Source: Verrucomicrobiota bacterium
GTDB lineage: Bacteria; Verrucomicrobiota; Kiritimatiellia; RFP12; UBA1067
Assembly (NCBI GenBank): GCA_022704125.1
Contig: JAKJHA010000001.1
Coordinates: forward strand, 1 to 38,532
Reading direction: 5' to 3'
DNA: 38,532 nucleotides
Positions 7,377 to 17,021 of the stretch are shown one piece after another; position 1 is the first letter of the stretch, and each line of letters opens with the position of its first letter. Below the pieces are notes generated by a model. That model was not told where the DNA came from, made no database searches, and worked only from the letters and a program-made list of their open reading frames with translations. A program made the position numbers and the translations under genes.

Positions 7377-9158
7377 ATGAAGAAGAGCATTGTCCGTTGC
7401 GTAGTGACTGTTCTACTGGCGGCGGGTAGTTTCGCCGAGTCTCCGATGCCATTCAAGGCGCTTGCCCGCATGCCTGTGAAGGAAGTCACGGTGTTCAAGG
7501 ACGGCCATGCGTTTGTGCTTCACAGCGGCAAGATGCCGACTGATGAGGCCGGCAACGTGGTCATGGACTACCTGCCTACACCGGTCATCGGAACGTTCTG
7601 GCCGTTTTCGGCGGATCGCAAGACGAAGCTCGGCGCCGTCGTTGCCAGTCAACGAAAGGTACTGGTCGAGCGGACCGCGCTCAATCTGCGCGAGCTGATC
7701 GAGGCCAATGTCGGCGCACAGGTGATCGTCACCGAAGTGCCGTCCGGCACGAGTCAGGTGTCATATGCGGCCACGATCATAGACATCCCCGCCCGCAGCG
7801 GCGACGAGCAGGAAGCCACCAACCCGCCCAACTCCGGTGAGAAGCTCCGGCAGAAAGGCAGCGTGGCCTTGCTTAAGACAGACACTGGCATCAAGGTTGT
7901 CGCCCTCGACCGCATTCAGGATATTCGCTTCACCGGCGACTATCGCAAGACCGTCGAGGAGGAGGAGTTCCGCAACCTGCTCACGCTGAAGATGGAGTGG
8001 AGCGGCAGCAAACCCCAAAAGAGTGCCGACGTGGGGCTGCTCTACCTTCAGCGCGGTGTCCGCTGGATCCCGAATTACAAGGTGACGATTGACGGCAAGG
8101 GCCAGGCGACCGTCCGGCTGCAAGCCACACTCATCAATGAACTCACCGACATGGACGATGTGACGGCGCACCTTGTGATCGGTGTGCCCACCTTCGATTT
8201 CAAGGACACGCCCGATCCGATCTCCCTGCAGCAGACCGTGGCTCAGCTTTCGCAGCACTTCCAGCAGGAAGCGAAGACCGCCTACGGATTCGCCAATGCC
8301 ATCGGCACGCAAGTTATATCGGGGGGGCGGAGGGGGCTCGGCTATGACCGCCCTGATGCGGCGCCAGCCCCCAGTCGCACGCTCGATCTGGGACCGGAAG
8401 TGGCCGAATCGGGCACGAACGAAGACCTGTTCATCTTCACCGTCAAACATGTCTCGATGAAGAAAGGCCAGCGCATGGTGTTCACGATCGGCGAATACAC
8501 AATGAAGTACAAGGACGTGTTCGCACTGGACATCCCCTTTGCACCGCCGCCGGAACTTTGGCGCAACTTCGACAACAACCGGCAGGCCGAGTTGGCGCAG
8601 TTATTCAACGCGCCGAAGGTCATGCACAAGATCCGGCTGTTCAACAGCAGCGAGTATCCGCTGACCACCGCTCCGGCCCTGATCCTGAAGGATGACCGTC
8701 TGCTTGCGCAGGGACTGATGACCTACGCCGCGCCTAAAGCCGATGCCGACCTGAACATCACCGCCGCCGTGGATATCCGCGTCAAGAAAACCGACAACGA
8801 GACAAAGCGGACGCCCAATGCGATCAACTGGCAAGGCGATCAATACGGTCGAGTCGACCTGGCCGGCAAGATCACGCTCACCAACTTCCGCAAGGATGCG
8901 GTGGAGATAGAAATCACACGCCACGTGCTCGGCAATGTGGATTCTGCCGACAACAACGGCAAGACGGAAATGGTGAACGTTTTTGAGAGTCCGACATTTG
9001 CCGGGGCGGGCGGGCCGTATCCCTACTGGTGGGGCTGGTTCTCCTGGCCGTGGTGGTGGCGTCATTTCAATGGAGTCGGCCGTATCATCTGGACGGTGAC
9101 ACTGGAACCGAAAACGCCGTTTGATCTCGGCTACACATGGAACTATTACTGGCGTTGA
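7377..9158 (+). CDS. DUF4139/DUF4140-like (MuiA/TIGR02231-like) secreted protein with Trp-cluster near the C-terminus
   Basis: Signal peptide MKKSIVRCVVTVLLAAGSFA. N-terminal VTVFKDGHAFV block. Central LYLQRGVRWIPNYKVTIDGKGQATVRLQATLINELTDMDDVTAHLVIGVPTF fits the DUF4139 pattern. Unusual PYPYWWGWFSWPWWWRHF at 9015-9068. Confidence 0.7.
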   Translation: MKKSIVRCVVTVLLAAGSFAESPMPFKALARMPVKEVTVFKDGHAFVLHSGKMPTDEAGNVVMDYLPTPVIGTFWPFSADRKTKLGAVVASQRKVLVERTALNLRELIEANVGAQVIVTEVPSGTSQVSYAATIIDIPARSGDEQEATNPPNSGEKLRQKGSVALLKTDTGIKVVALDRIQDIRFTGDYRKTVEEEEFRNLLTLKMEWSGSKPQKSADVGLLYLQRGVRWIPNYKVTIDGKGQATVRLQATLINELTDMDDVTAHLVIGVPTFDFKDTPDPISLQQTVAQLSQHFQQEAKTAYGFANAIGTQVISGGRRGLGYDRPDAAPAPSRTLDLGPEVAESGTNEDLFIFTVKHVSMKKGQRMVFTIGEYTMKYKDVFALDIPFAPPPELWRNFDNNRQAELAQLFNAPKVMHKIRLFNSSEYPLTTAPALILKDDRLLAQGLMTYAAPKADADLNITAAVDIRVKKTDNETKRTPNAINWQGDQYGRVDLAGKITLTNFRKDAVEIEITRHVLGNVDSADNNGKTEMVNVFESPTFAGAGGPYPYWWGWFSWPWWWRHFNGVGRIIWTVTLEPKTPFDLGYTWNYYWR

Positions 9159-9182
9159 TGGCTGGAAAGTTGAGGGTTTGCC

Positions 9183-10685
9183 ATGAAAAAAACATCTCTT
9201 ATCTTGGCGCTTGATCAGGGAACAACCAGTTCAAGGGCACTGCTTTTCGACCGCGAACTCAATATCGTTGCGATGGCCCAGCAAGAGTTTGACCAGTTTT
9301 ATCCGCAGCCCGGATGGGTTGAACACGATCCTGAAGAGATCTGGCGGTCACAGCGCAAGGTCATGGCCGATGTCTTGAAACAGGTGCCCGACGGTCCGGC
9401 TGCCGTCGCGGCAATCGGCGTGACCAACCAGCGGGAGACCGTCGTCGTCTGGAACCGCCGAACGGGAGAGCCTATCTATCCCGCCATCGTGTGGCAATGT
9501 CGCCGGACTGCTGATTTCTGTTCGGAGCTGAAACGTCGTGATTACGGCCCGCGCATTCGCGATAAAACGGGCTTGGTGATTGACGCCTATTTCTCGGCCA
9601 GCAAGCTGCGTTGGATCCTAGATCATGTCGACGGTGCGCGGGAGGCGGCGCAACGCGGTGAACTGCTTTGCGGCACGATCGACTCTTGGCTGCTCTGGAA
9701 GCTCTCGAACGGTACCGCGCACGTCACCGATTATACGAACGCTTCCCGTACCATGCTCTTTAACATCCGCACGCTTCAATGGGACGCGGAACTCCTTGAT
9801 CTCTTCGGTATACCGTCTTCCATGCTGCCAACCCCGGTCCCTTCATCGGGCGAGGCCGCCCGGTGCGCCCTGCCGGAGTTTGAGGGACGCGAAGTACCTG
9901 TACTCGGCGTGTCGGGCGATCAGCAGGCCGCGCTCTTCGGTCAGGGATGCTTTGCCCCCGGACAGATCAAAAATACGTACGGCACGGGATGCTTCCTGCT
10001 CATGCACACGGGCGGCGAAGCGGTTTCATCCGCGAACGGACTGGTGACGACGCTGACCGCGCAGACCCTTGCCGGAGCGCCCTCTTATGCGCTCGAAGGC
10101 AGTGCCTTTGTGGGCGGTGCCGTTGTTCAGTGGCTACGTGATGAACTCCGCATCGTGACACGCTCTTCCGATGTCGGGCCGATTGCGGCATCAATACCTG
10201 ATACCGGCGGAGTCTTTCTCGTGCCGGCCTTCGCGGGGCTTGGCGCGCCGCACTGGGACATGTACGCCCGGGGCACACTGGTCGGCATGACCCGCGGCAC
10301 AGGGCGCGCCCAAATCATCCGTGCGGCGGTGGAGTCGACCGCCTATCAGTGCTGGGATGTGGTCGATGCGATGCGTGCGGACTCAGGACAACCGATCGCC
10401 TCCCTGCGCGCGGACGGTGGCGCCTCGGCCGATGATTTCCTGATGCAGTTTCAGGCCGACCTGCTTGAATGCCGCGTCGAACGGCCGACCTGTATTGAGA
10501 CAACCGCGCTCGGCGCCGCTTCATTGGCGGCTCTTGCGCTCGGCTGGCAAACGTCCGAGACGCTTGCCGGCCGACCGGCCGCCAGCGTGTTCACGCCAAA
10601 CATGCCCAAGACGCAACGCAATGCTTTGCTCGCCGGATGGCGCAAAGCCGTTTCGCGTGCAGCACACTGGGAAACCGAGAATTAA
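9183..10685 (+). CDS. glpK: glycerol kinase
   Basis: 500 aa. FGGY-kinase signatures ILALDQGTTSSRALLFD and GVTNQRETVVVWNRRTGEPIYPAIVWQCRRTA. Starts 24 nt after the upstream gene. Confidence 0.95.
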   Translation: MKKTSLILALDQGTTSSRALLFDRELNIVAMAQQEFDQFYPQPGWVEHDPEEIWRSQRKVMADVLKQVPDGPAAVAAIGVTNQRETVVVWNRRTGEPIYPAIVWQCRRTADFCSELKRRDYGPRIRDKTGLVIDAYFSASKLRWILDHVDGAREAAQRGELLCGTIDSWLLWKLSNGTAHVTDYTNASRTMLFNIRTLQWDAELLDLFGIPSSMLPTPVPSSGEAARCALPEFEGREVPVLGVSGDQQAALFGQGCFAPGQIKNTYGTGCFLLMHTGGEAVSSANGLVTTLTAQTLAGAPSYALEGSAFVGGAVVQWLRDELRIVTRSSDVGPIAASIPDTGGVFLVPAFAGLGAPHWDMYARGTLVGMTRGTGRAQIIRAAVESTAYQCWDVVDAMRADSGQPIASLRADGGASADDFLMQFQADLLECRVERPTCIETTALGAASLAALALGWQTSETLAGRPAASVFTPNMPKTQRNALLAGWRKAVSRAAHWETEN

Positions 10686-10691
10686 GGAGAC

Positions 10692-12851
10692 CTACTCCCG
10701 CTTCCAAGACAGCGTGAAGGGAACTTCCCGCGAGACGCCGCTGAGCAGCTTCACCGCGACCGCGCCGTTGGCTTCCGCCGCAGCCTGACAGGTAATGCCG
10801 TCGGCAGAGCTTGCCGATGCGAGCGCGAAACCTTGTGGCACGCGGAAGCGCAACGTGACCGGATGATCCTTGACGGCCCTGACCGCGCCGGTCAATACGT
10901 TGCGCGCGCCGTCCCAGGCCAGCCCTGTCAACTCCACGCCGCCTTGCGTGACGTGGCGGTCGCTGCTGAGGAACTGCGGCACAGCCTGCGCACGGTGTAC
11001 CGCCAACAGCCGTACGCCGTGCCCCGGCACCGGCATGTCGAAACGTGCCTTGCGCACGCCTTGATAAGCACCGGTCCAAAACTCGTAGATCGCGTAATCG
11101 GCCGCGGCATCCAGTCCCAGCTCATCAAAAGTGAAGCCCAGTTCGGCCTCCTTCTCATCCCAGTTGAACAGCGCCACCACCTGCCACTCCGCAAACGGAC
11201 GCCGCACATGCAGCGCCCAAACCGGCAGCATATCGAAGACCGGGAAGAGATCCATTGGGCGTACGTCGCAAACCGGCAACGCCTGTTGCAACAACCGCAT
11301 GCGCTCCGGCTTCAGCTCGGCAAGCTTATCGCCGGAAAACATCATCTGCCCCGGCAGCGCCACGACGGTCGTCGCCAGCCGTGCCTGTTCGATGCCGAGG
11401 TAATCGCCGACCATCAGGGTGTCGGGATCGGTGAAGAACACGATGTTGTTGACGAAGATCTGATTGAGCGTGCAGCGCGCCTGATTCAGCAAGTTCGGCC
11501 ACTTGGCGGGCTGGTTCGGATGCACAATGTCGGCCCCGGTGCGCGAAGCATCGGCGTAGGCGGCCTCGGGGCCAGTGAAATGTCCCTGGCAAGCGAGAAA
11601 CACGCGGTCTTCGCCGATACCCTCACGGAACGCCCGCACACAGCGCTCGAACGGATCCGGGCAAGCCGGATCTTTAAAGCGGGCGCGGATCTCAGGCCGC
11701 TCGAAAAAATGGGCGCAGTAACCGGGGCCGCGCCCCGACATGCCGTCGATCTTGAAGTACTCATATCCCCACTCGCGCGAAGCGATGCGGTGAATCTCGC
11801 GCAGGTGGTTGATCACCTCGGGATGCGAAGGGTCGATGGTGAATTTGCCGTTCCAGGTTGACAACGGCTTGCCGTCCGAACCGTGCAAGAACCACTCTTT
11901 GTGCGCCAGATAGAAGTTCGTGCTGCCGGTGCCGAAGGGCGCGGTCCAGAGCCCCGGCCTGAAACCGAGCGCCCGAATATCGTCGGCCAAACGCTTCATG
12001 CCAAGCGGGAATTGATGCTGATTGGGCTTCAGACTGAGGTTGTCAAAGTTGCTGACCGGCAGCGAGTCGGAGTTGTCTTGCCACGACTCGATATGCCAGA
12101 ACTCCATGCCGAAGGGCTGCAAATGCTTTTGGCCGATGCGCGCCTCGGCCAGATTGTCTTCGGCCGTGGCCTTGTCAAAGTAAATGTTCCAAGACATCCA
12201 ACCGGTGGGCGGCGACGGACAACGCTTGCGGTCGATCGGTTTGTAATAGGGAACGTAACGACTGCGATAGTAATCGCGCTCGACCGTAAAACTCCAGACC
12301 GCTTCAGCCGCTTCGTTTATCGTCGCCTCCAGCGTGAGTCCGTAGCGCCCACCTCCCTGACTGGCGAGCCGCCGTGCGGAACCGCCGCGCAATAGCAGGC
12401 AACGATCGCGCTCCGAATCGAAAAGCGAATCGTTGAGGTCAGTGTCCGGGCGGCCGGTTCCGAGTTGGAGCACGCGTGAACCTTTAAGCGGTTGCGTGCG
12501 GCAAGCGAAGCTGTCCGGCGTGAACGCGATGTTGCCGGTCATGCGCAATTGCCCGGCGTAATTTTGCGCGGTACGGTGGTAGGCCAACAGCGAGAGGCGG
12601 TCGCCATCGCCTTGAAACGCCAGATAGCCCTGTACGTTGCCGCGAGGATCAAGCAGCGCGAGACGGTTCGCCACCGCGTCGTGCGGTGCCGCCACGCGCC
12701 AGATCTGATCGCCGGACGTAAAGCCCAGCGTGCCGCTGATGTGCACCTCGCCAGATGCGTTTACCAGTTCGAGACGCGCATCCGCCTCCTGAAAAGTCAC
12801 CTGCCAGTTACCCAATGTCAAACTGACCAATGCCGCCGCAAGAGCTCCCAT
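10692..12851 (-). CDS. alpha-galactosidase-like glycoside hydrolase (clan GH-D, GH27/36-like)
   Basis: 719 aa, with GAGGAGG upstream of ATG 12851. Motifs WMSWNIYF, YEYFKIDGM (KxD-type) and FFTDPDTLMVG (resembles DPDML.VG of GH27). Confidence 0.7.
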   Translation of the reverse strand: MGALAAALVSLTLGNWQVTFQEADARLELVNASGEVHISGTLGFTSGDQIWRVAAPHDAVANRLALLDPRGNVQGYLAFQGDGDRLSLLAYHRTAQNYAGQLRMTGNIAFTPDSFACRTQPLKGSRVLQLGTGRPDTDLNDSLFDSERDRCLLLRGGSARRLASQGGGRYGLTLEATINEAAEAVWSFTVERDYYRSRYVPYYKPIDRKRCPSPPTGWMSWNIYFDKATAEDNLAEARIGQKHLQPFGMEFWHIESWQDNSDSLPVSNFDNLSLKPNQHQFPLGMKRLADDIRALGFRPGLWTAPFGTGSTNFYLAHKEWFLHGSDGKPLSTWNGKFTIDPSHPEVINHLREIHRIASREWGYEYFKIDGMSGRGPGYCAHFFERPEIRARFKDPACPDPFERCVRAFREGIGEDRVFLACQGHFTGPEAAYADASRTGADIVHPNQPAKWPNLLNQARCTLNQIFVNNIVFFTDPDTLMVGDYLGIEQARLATTVVALPGQMMFSGDKLAELKPERMRLLQQALPVCDVRPMDLFPVFDMLPVWALHVRRPFAEWQVVALFNWDEKEAELGFTFDELGLDAAADYAIYEFWTGAYQGVRKARFDMPVPGHGVRLLAVHRAQAVPQFLSSDRHVTQGGVELTGLAWDGARNVLTGAVRAVKDHPVTLRFRVPQGFALASASSADGITCQAAAEANGAVAVKLLSGVSREVPFTLSWKRE

Positions 12852-12929
12852 GTAAACCTCCTCACTACCGTCCTCGTGTTAAAGCGTAATTCCGGCAGTG
12901 TAGCGAAAAGGATGCGGCACTGGCAAGCA

Positions 12930-12976
12930 ATCGATTGGTGGTGTCGATCGATTGGTGGTTGATAATCGGTTAGTTG
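12930..12976. repeat. 17-nt direct repeat, CGAT-core array
   Basis: ATCGATTGGTGGT occurs at 12930-12942 and 12947-12959, followed by a degenerate third unit ATAATCGGTTAGTTG. Confidence 0.8.
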
Positions 12977-12993
12977 TCCAGAATCGCTTCACG

Positions 12994-15900
12994 TTACTTT
13001 GACAACTCCTGACGAAGTTTCTCCAGAAAGTCGCCGACCCGTTCGACCGCCTGTTCGCTGACAGCGCCCTTCAGCAGGTTACCTAACATATTCTGCAGGG
13101 CGCGCGTATCGAGACGCGGCGCGTCCACAGTGCCCGTGACCGGGATCTTGATCGACGTGCCTTTGAGTATGCGGGCTGCTGACGTGCCGACCAGTCGCTC
13201 CGTCACCGGCACCTCAATCACATAGTTCACTGCACCGTCGAAGGCCACCCAGCCGCCGATGATCACCGGTTGCTCTTCGATCACCATGCGCACTGGATCG
13301 GCTTGAATCCGTCCATTGCGCACCGTCACATGAATCGGCAGGTTCTTCACCTCGTACACATGCGTCTTGACCTTGATCATGCCGAGCAACTCGCGCAGCG
13401 CGGGTCCCAACTCCAGTTTCAAGTTTTCGAGCGCGATGTCCATATCCAAGGCCACACCGCGTTCCGGAGGCACGCCCGGCTCAATGCGGCAGCTCCGCAG
13501 ATCCAGCGTGACCGTTCCGCTACGCACGCGACCACCCTGAAACAACGGATTAAAGTTCACCAGCAACGTATCAAGCATCTCTTGCGTCAGTGCCACGCGC
13601 TCCAGCAACCGCGTGCGCGGCGGCAGTATCAGCGTGCCGCCCCCGCGTCCGCCGACCGCGAGCTCAGGAACCAGCCGCAACCGTCCGTTGTTGAGCGCCG
13701 GCTCATACCCGACGCGCAATACGCCTTTGGACAGACGGAAGACGGCGTCTGCAGACCCGGCACGTAACCCGAATCCAACGACCGACCCCACATACACGGC
13801 AGCTTCGAGTTCGCCCTCCGACAACACCGTCGACGCACCGCCCGCCAGCGGCGAGGTAAAGCGGAACGGCCGGAACTCGCGTCCGGTCAACGTAAACTCA
13901 TCGATCCCCTTGGCCGCCAGCAGTCGCGTCACCGCAGCGGCGTCCACTGCCGTGCGGCCCTGTGCCGTGAGCAAACAGCGGCCGGACAGTTCGTTCGCCG
14001 CCGCCTCAGCCTGCATCGCGAACAGGCTGCTCGCCACATCCAACTTGGAGACCTTGACGCTCGTTCCGTCTGTTGCAATGACCGCCTCTGCGATCACACG
14101 CGCCGACGGTTCTGCGAACACGGCGGTGCCGTCACGTTCCAGTGTGGCGCCGCCTTGCGCCGTCAGCGCGATCTGCATCCCGCGCTTGGCACCATCGCGC
14201 ACCACGCCGCCTTCAACCCGCACATCTGGCACACGCCACACACCGCCGTCCTCGACACGTGCGGTGATCGCGAGCCCGGCGGCATTCAGGCGCGCCTTTA
14301 CCCCTTCCCCCACAACCTCGGCCGTTGCATTAGCCACCACCCGGCCTTGCCATGCCGACAAGCGGCGCTGCGCGGCAACCGGCAGAAAACCGCCCAGCAG
14401 ACGGCGCGCGCCGGCCAGTTCCATATCGCTGGAGAAGGTAAACCCGCGCACCTGCAAAGGACGCTTCTCGCCGGGAGGCACCAGCCGTTGGCACGCGCCG
14501 GACATCCGTCCGCCATCAAGCGTCAGCTCAACGGACGCATCGTGCACCTCGGCCTGCGGCTCGTTACCTTGCAACGGCACACGCCCTGAGAGCTTCAGCG
14601 TTCCCTGCGGCACCACTGTGCGCTGACCCGGCTGCACCTCCACCGCCACGTCAGCCAACTTCAAGAAAGAGGCAAGCGCAACCCCTGCCCCTTCGCGCCG
14701 GCTTGAGGCGTCCAGATAGATTGATCCCACCATCGGCGGACACGTCTTGAAGATGCGCGTGGCGTCACGGGCAAACCGTGTCAAATCGAGCTGTGCCTTG
14801 AGAGTCGCCGCGTCAAAACGGCCACTGGCATAGACATCGGCAAACGGAGCTTTGAGATGCAAGCGTTCAATCTCAGGCCACGCACCGTACGGGAAGCGCG
14901 CCTTCACTTGCAACGAGGGCTCCGGCTTGAACGTGATCGGCTGCTTCCCGACCTTCATCGCCAAATCGGACGTCACCGCGTCCGCCTGCACCTGCAACGC
15001 TGTGTCGCTCCCCTCGACCGCCACCTCGGCGCGCAGTTCGCCGCCGCTCATCGTGAAGGCCTTGGAGAGTCCGAGCGCCGGCCCGAAGTCCCGTGCTAGC
15101 GCCGCGAGTTGAATCGTGGTCTTGCCACTCACCGCCCCGGTCATCACGCCTTTTTTCTCTGCTGCCTGCAACCGGCCTTTGGCCTCAGCGCGTATCCACG
15201 GCGAAGCCAGATCGAACTGAGTGATTGTGAGCGTCTTGCCGTCAACCCCAAGATTCGCCATCAGCGCCACATCGCCGGGCGGCGACGGCTTCTCGCCCTG
15301 CGCTCCGACCGAGAGTTGGCTGACAGCCAAGCCGCCCTCGATCATCCCCAGCTTGGAACTGCGGATTGCGGCGGTCAGCGCGCCCTCCAACTTGCCGCTA
15401 CGGATCCATGCGTCGCCGGTCATGTGCTGAATCAACGGCGCGAACGCTGTGATATCTACATCAACCGCTTTCAGCGTGATGCGTTCCGGCTGCTCCGTCT
15501 CGGCGCCCTTGCTTAAATCACGGATGCTCTGGATGCGTCCCTCCAACGCCACCAAACCACCGCCTATCTGCGCGCGCGTCTTCACCTCAATCGGCTTGCG
15601 GTACGAGGTTAACGCTACACGCCCCTCCACCTGCTCCGCCACGCAACGCCCCGCGCTGCCGCCGTGGATCGCGACACGACCACCCGTCACATTCAGGGTG
15701 GCTGCGATATCGACGATCGGCAGGAAGAAGGTGCCTTTCTTCTCTTTCTCCTTCCGGGCCTTTGGCTCAGCCGGCGGCGGGGGCGGCGCAAGGTCGAGGT
15801 CAAGCTCAGGCGCACTGAGCGTCACCTCGCCCAGATCAAGCACCCCGATTGGCAACAGACGTAGCAACCCGCGGTCGAACGCAACACGCTTAGCCGACAT

Positions 15901-16203
15901 CGCGATTCCGTGCTGCGGATCGCTGAACGAGAACGCCTCCAGAACCGGCGCACGGAACCAACCCAGCGACCAACGCTCAAACGACACGCGCGCCGGTTCG
16001 GCCGCCTTGTTGATCGAAGCCAGTACCCATCGGCGGCCGCCATCCATTGAAAGCAACGTCGGGATCAGCGCCACGAGAACGACCAACGGAACCAGCAGAA
16101 ACAGAATCAACTGAAGACCTCCCCGCAGACAGCCTTTCCGCTCCTCTGCCGCCTCATCCACCTCATCATCACGAATTGCATCAAATTGCATGACGATCAG
16201 CAT
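12994..16203 (-). CDS. AsmA-family / TamB-like envelope protein
   Basis: 1069 aa. N-terminal single TM anchor (LQLILFLLVPLVVLVALIPTLL). Long Gly/Ala/Val-rich beta-type body. C-terminal AsmA_2-like block GGWVAFDGAVNYVIEVPVT...IKIPVTGTVDAPRLD. Confidence 0.65.
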   Translation of the reverse strand: MLIVMQFDAIRDDEVDEAAEERKGCLRGGLQLILFLLVPLVVLVALIPTLLSMDGGRRWVLASINKAAEPARVSFERWSLGWFRAPVLEAFSFSDPQHGIAMSAKRVAFDRGLLRLLPIGVLDLGEVTLSAPELDLDLAPPPPPAEPKARKEKEKKGTFFLPIVDIAATLNVTGGRVAIHGGSAGRCVAEQVEGRVALTSYRKPIEVKTRAQIGGGLVALEGRIQSIRDLSKGAETEQPERITLKAVDVDITAFAPLIQHMTGDAWIRSGKLEGALTAAIRSSKLGMIEGGLAVSQLSVGAQGEKPSPPGDVALMANLGVDGKTLTITQFDLASPWIRAEAKGRLQAAEKKGVMTGAVSGKTTIQLAALARDFGPALGLSKAFTMSGGELRAEVAVEGSDTALQVQADAVTSDLAMKVGKQPITFKPEPSLQVKARFPYGAWPEIERLHLKAPFADVYASGRFDAATLKAQLDLTRFARDATRIFKTCPPMVGSIYLDASSRREGAGVALASFLKLADVAVEVQPGQRTVVPQGTLKLSGRVPLQGNEPQAEVHDASVELTLDGGRMSGACQRLVPPGEKRPLQVRGFTFSSDMELAGARRLLGGFLPVAAQRRLSAWQGRVVANATAEVVGEGVKARLNAAGLAITARVEDGGVWRVPDVRVEGGVVRDGAKRGMQIALTAQGGATLERDGTAVFAEPSARVIAEAVIATDGTSVKVSKLDVASSLFAMQAEAAANELSGRCLLTAQGRTAVDAAAVTRLLAAKGIDEFTLTGREFRPFRFTSPLAGGASTVLSEGELEAAVYVGSVVGFGLRAGSADAVFRLSKGVLRVGYEPALNNGRLRLVPELAVGGRGGGTLILPPRTRLLERVALTQEMLDTLLVNFNPLFQGGRVRSGTVTLDLRSCRIEPGVPPERGVALDMDIALENLKLELGPALRELLGMIKVKTHVYEVKNLPIHVTVRNGRIQADPVRMVIEEQPVIIGGWVAFDGAVNYVIEVPVTERLVGTSAARILKGTSIKIPVTGTVDAPRLDTRALQNMLGNLLKGAVSEQAVERVGDFLEKLRQELSK

Positions 16204-16240
16204 ACCACGCCCGTCTTATGGCGACAAGCGCGACCGGTAC

Positions 16241-16408
16241 GGGTTTCAGGTTTCGGGGTTTCAGGGTTTCACTTGAGCGTTGAGCGTTGAAAGTTGGGCG
16301 TTGAACGTTATTGAAGCGCCCTCTTGCAGTGCCAAAAAAAATCTTAGTGCCCTTCGTGCCTTCGTGTGAGAAAAACAACTAACGCACTAATGAACTAATG
16401 CACTAACG
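16241..16408. repeat. mosaic of short tandem arrays
   Basis: GGGTTTCAG GTTTCGGG GTTTCAGG GTTTCAC (16241-16272). TTGAGCG x2, TTGAAAG, TTGGGCG, TTGAACG (16273-16307). GTGCCCTTC GTGCCTTC GTGTGAG (16346-16370). AACTAACG CACTAATG AACTAATG CACTAACG (16377-16408), which contains the thiE stop codon. Confidence 0.9.
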
Positions 16409-17015
16409 AATCCTGCCACACGGCTTGCAGCCTGCGGATGGCGGTCGCAGGATCGGACACTTGATTGACCGCGCGCACCACCGCGAAGGCGGTGGCGCCG
16501 TGACGGCGCACCTCCGCGAGATTCTCTGAGTCGATGCCGCCGATCGCCACAGTCGGCACGGGTGAGGCATGGATAATCACCCCCATCTCCTCAAGACCGA
16601 GTACCGGATCGGGGATCGCCTTGGTCGGCGTGGCGAAGACCGGCCCCACGCCGATATAATCCGGCGCGTATGCAACCGCATGTGCGGCCTGCTCACGGCT
16701 GTGCGTGGAAAGGCCAAAGACTTTGCCCGTCACCGGCCAGAGCCGCCGCGCTTCATCCAGCGGCATGTCGTCCTGACCCAGATGCACGCCGTCGGCGTCG
16801 ACCTCGCGCGCGATCTCGACATCATCGTTGATCACCAGGCGCGTCGCCGTACCGCGCGTGATGGCGCGCAGCGTGTGCCCGACCGCAATGATCTCATCAC
16901 GCGGCGCGCGCTTCATCCGCAACTGCAACCACCTCACGCCGCACGCCACCGCCGCTTCGGCGCAACGTTCGTATCCCGTCACCGGATTCGTCAAAATCAG
17001 ATACAGTCCTTGCAT
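16395..17015 (-). CDS. thiE: thiamine-phosphate synthase
   Basis: 206 aa. YLILTNP...VRWLQLRMK...[23 protein letters not shown]...[11 protein letters not shown] are typical of ThiE. Starts 6 nt after the thiF stop. Confidence 0.9.
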   Translation of the reverse strand: MQGLYLILTNPVTGYERCAEAAVACGVRWLQLRMKRAPRDEIIAVGHTLRAITRGTATRLVINDDVEIAREVDADGVHLGQDDMPLDEARRLWPVTGKVFGLSTHSREQAAHAVAYAPDYIGVGPVFATPTKAIPDPVLGLEEMGVIIHASPVPTVAIGGIDSENLAEVRRHGATAFAVVRAVNQVSDPATAIRRLQAVWQDSLVH

Positions 17016-17021
17016 CTTGCA

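Noticed and set aside
16241-16408. Possible CRISPR array (also considered for 29803-29900, 31824-31928 and 34262-34317)
   Set aside because: Repeat units are 7-17 nt and directly adjacent, with no unique spacers. No cas genes are present, and CRISPR repeats are normally 23 nt or longer with spacers of similar length.
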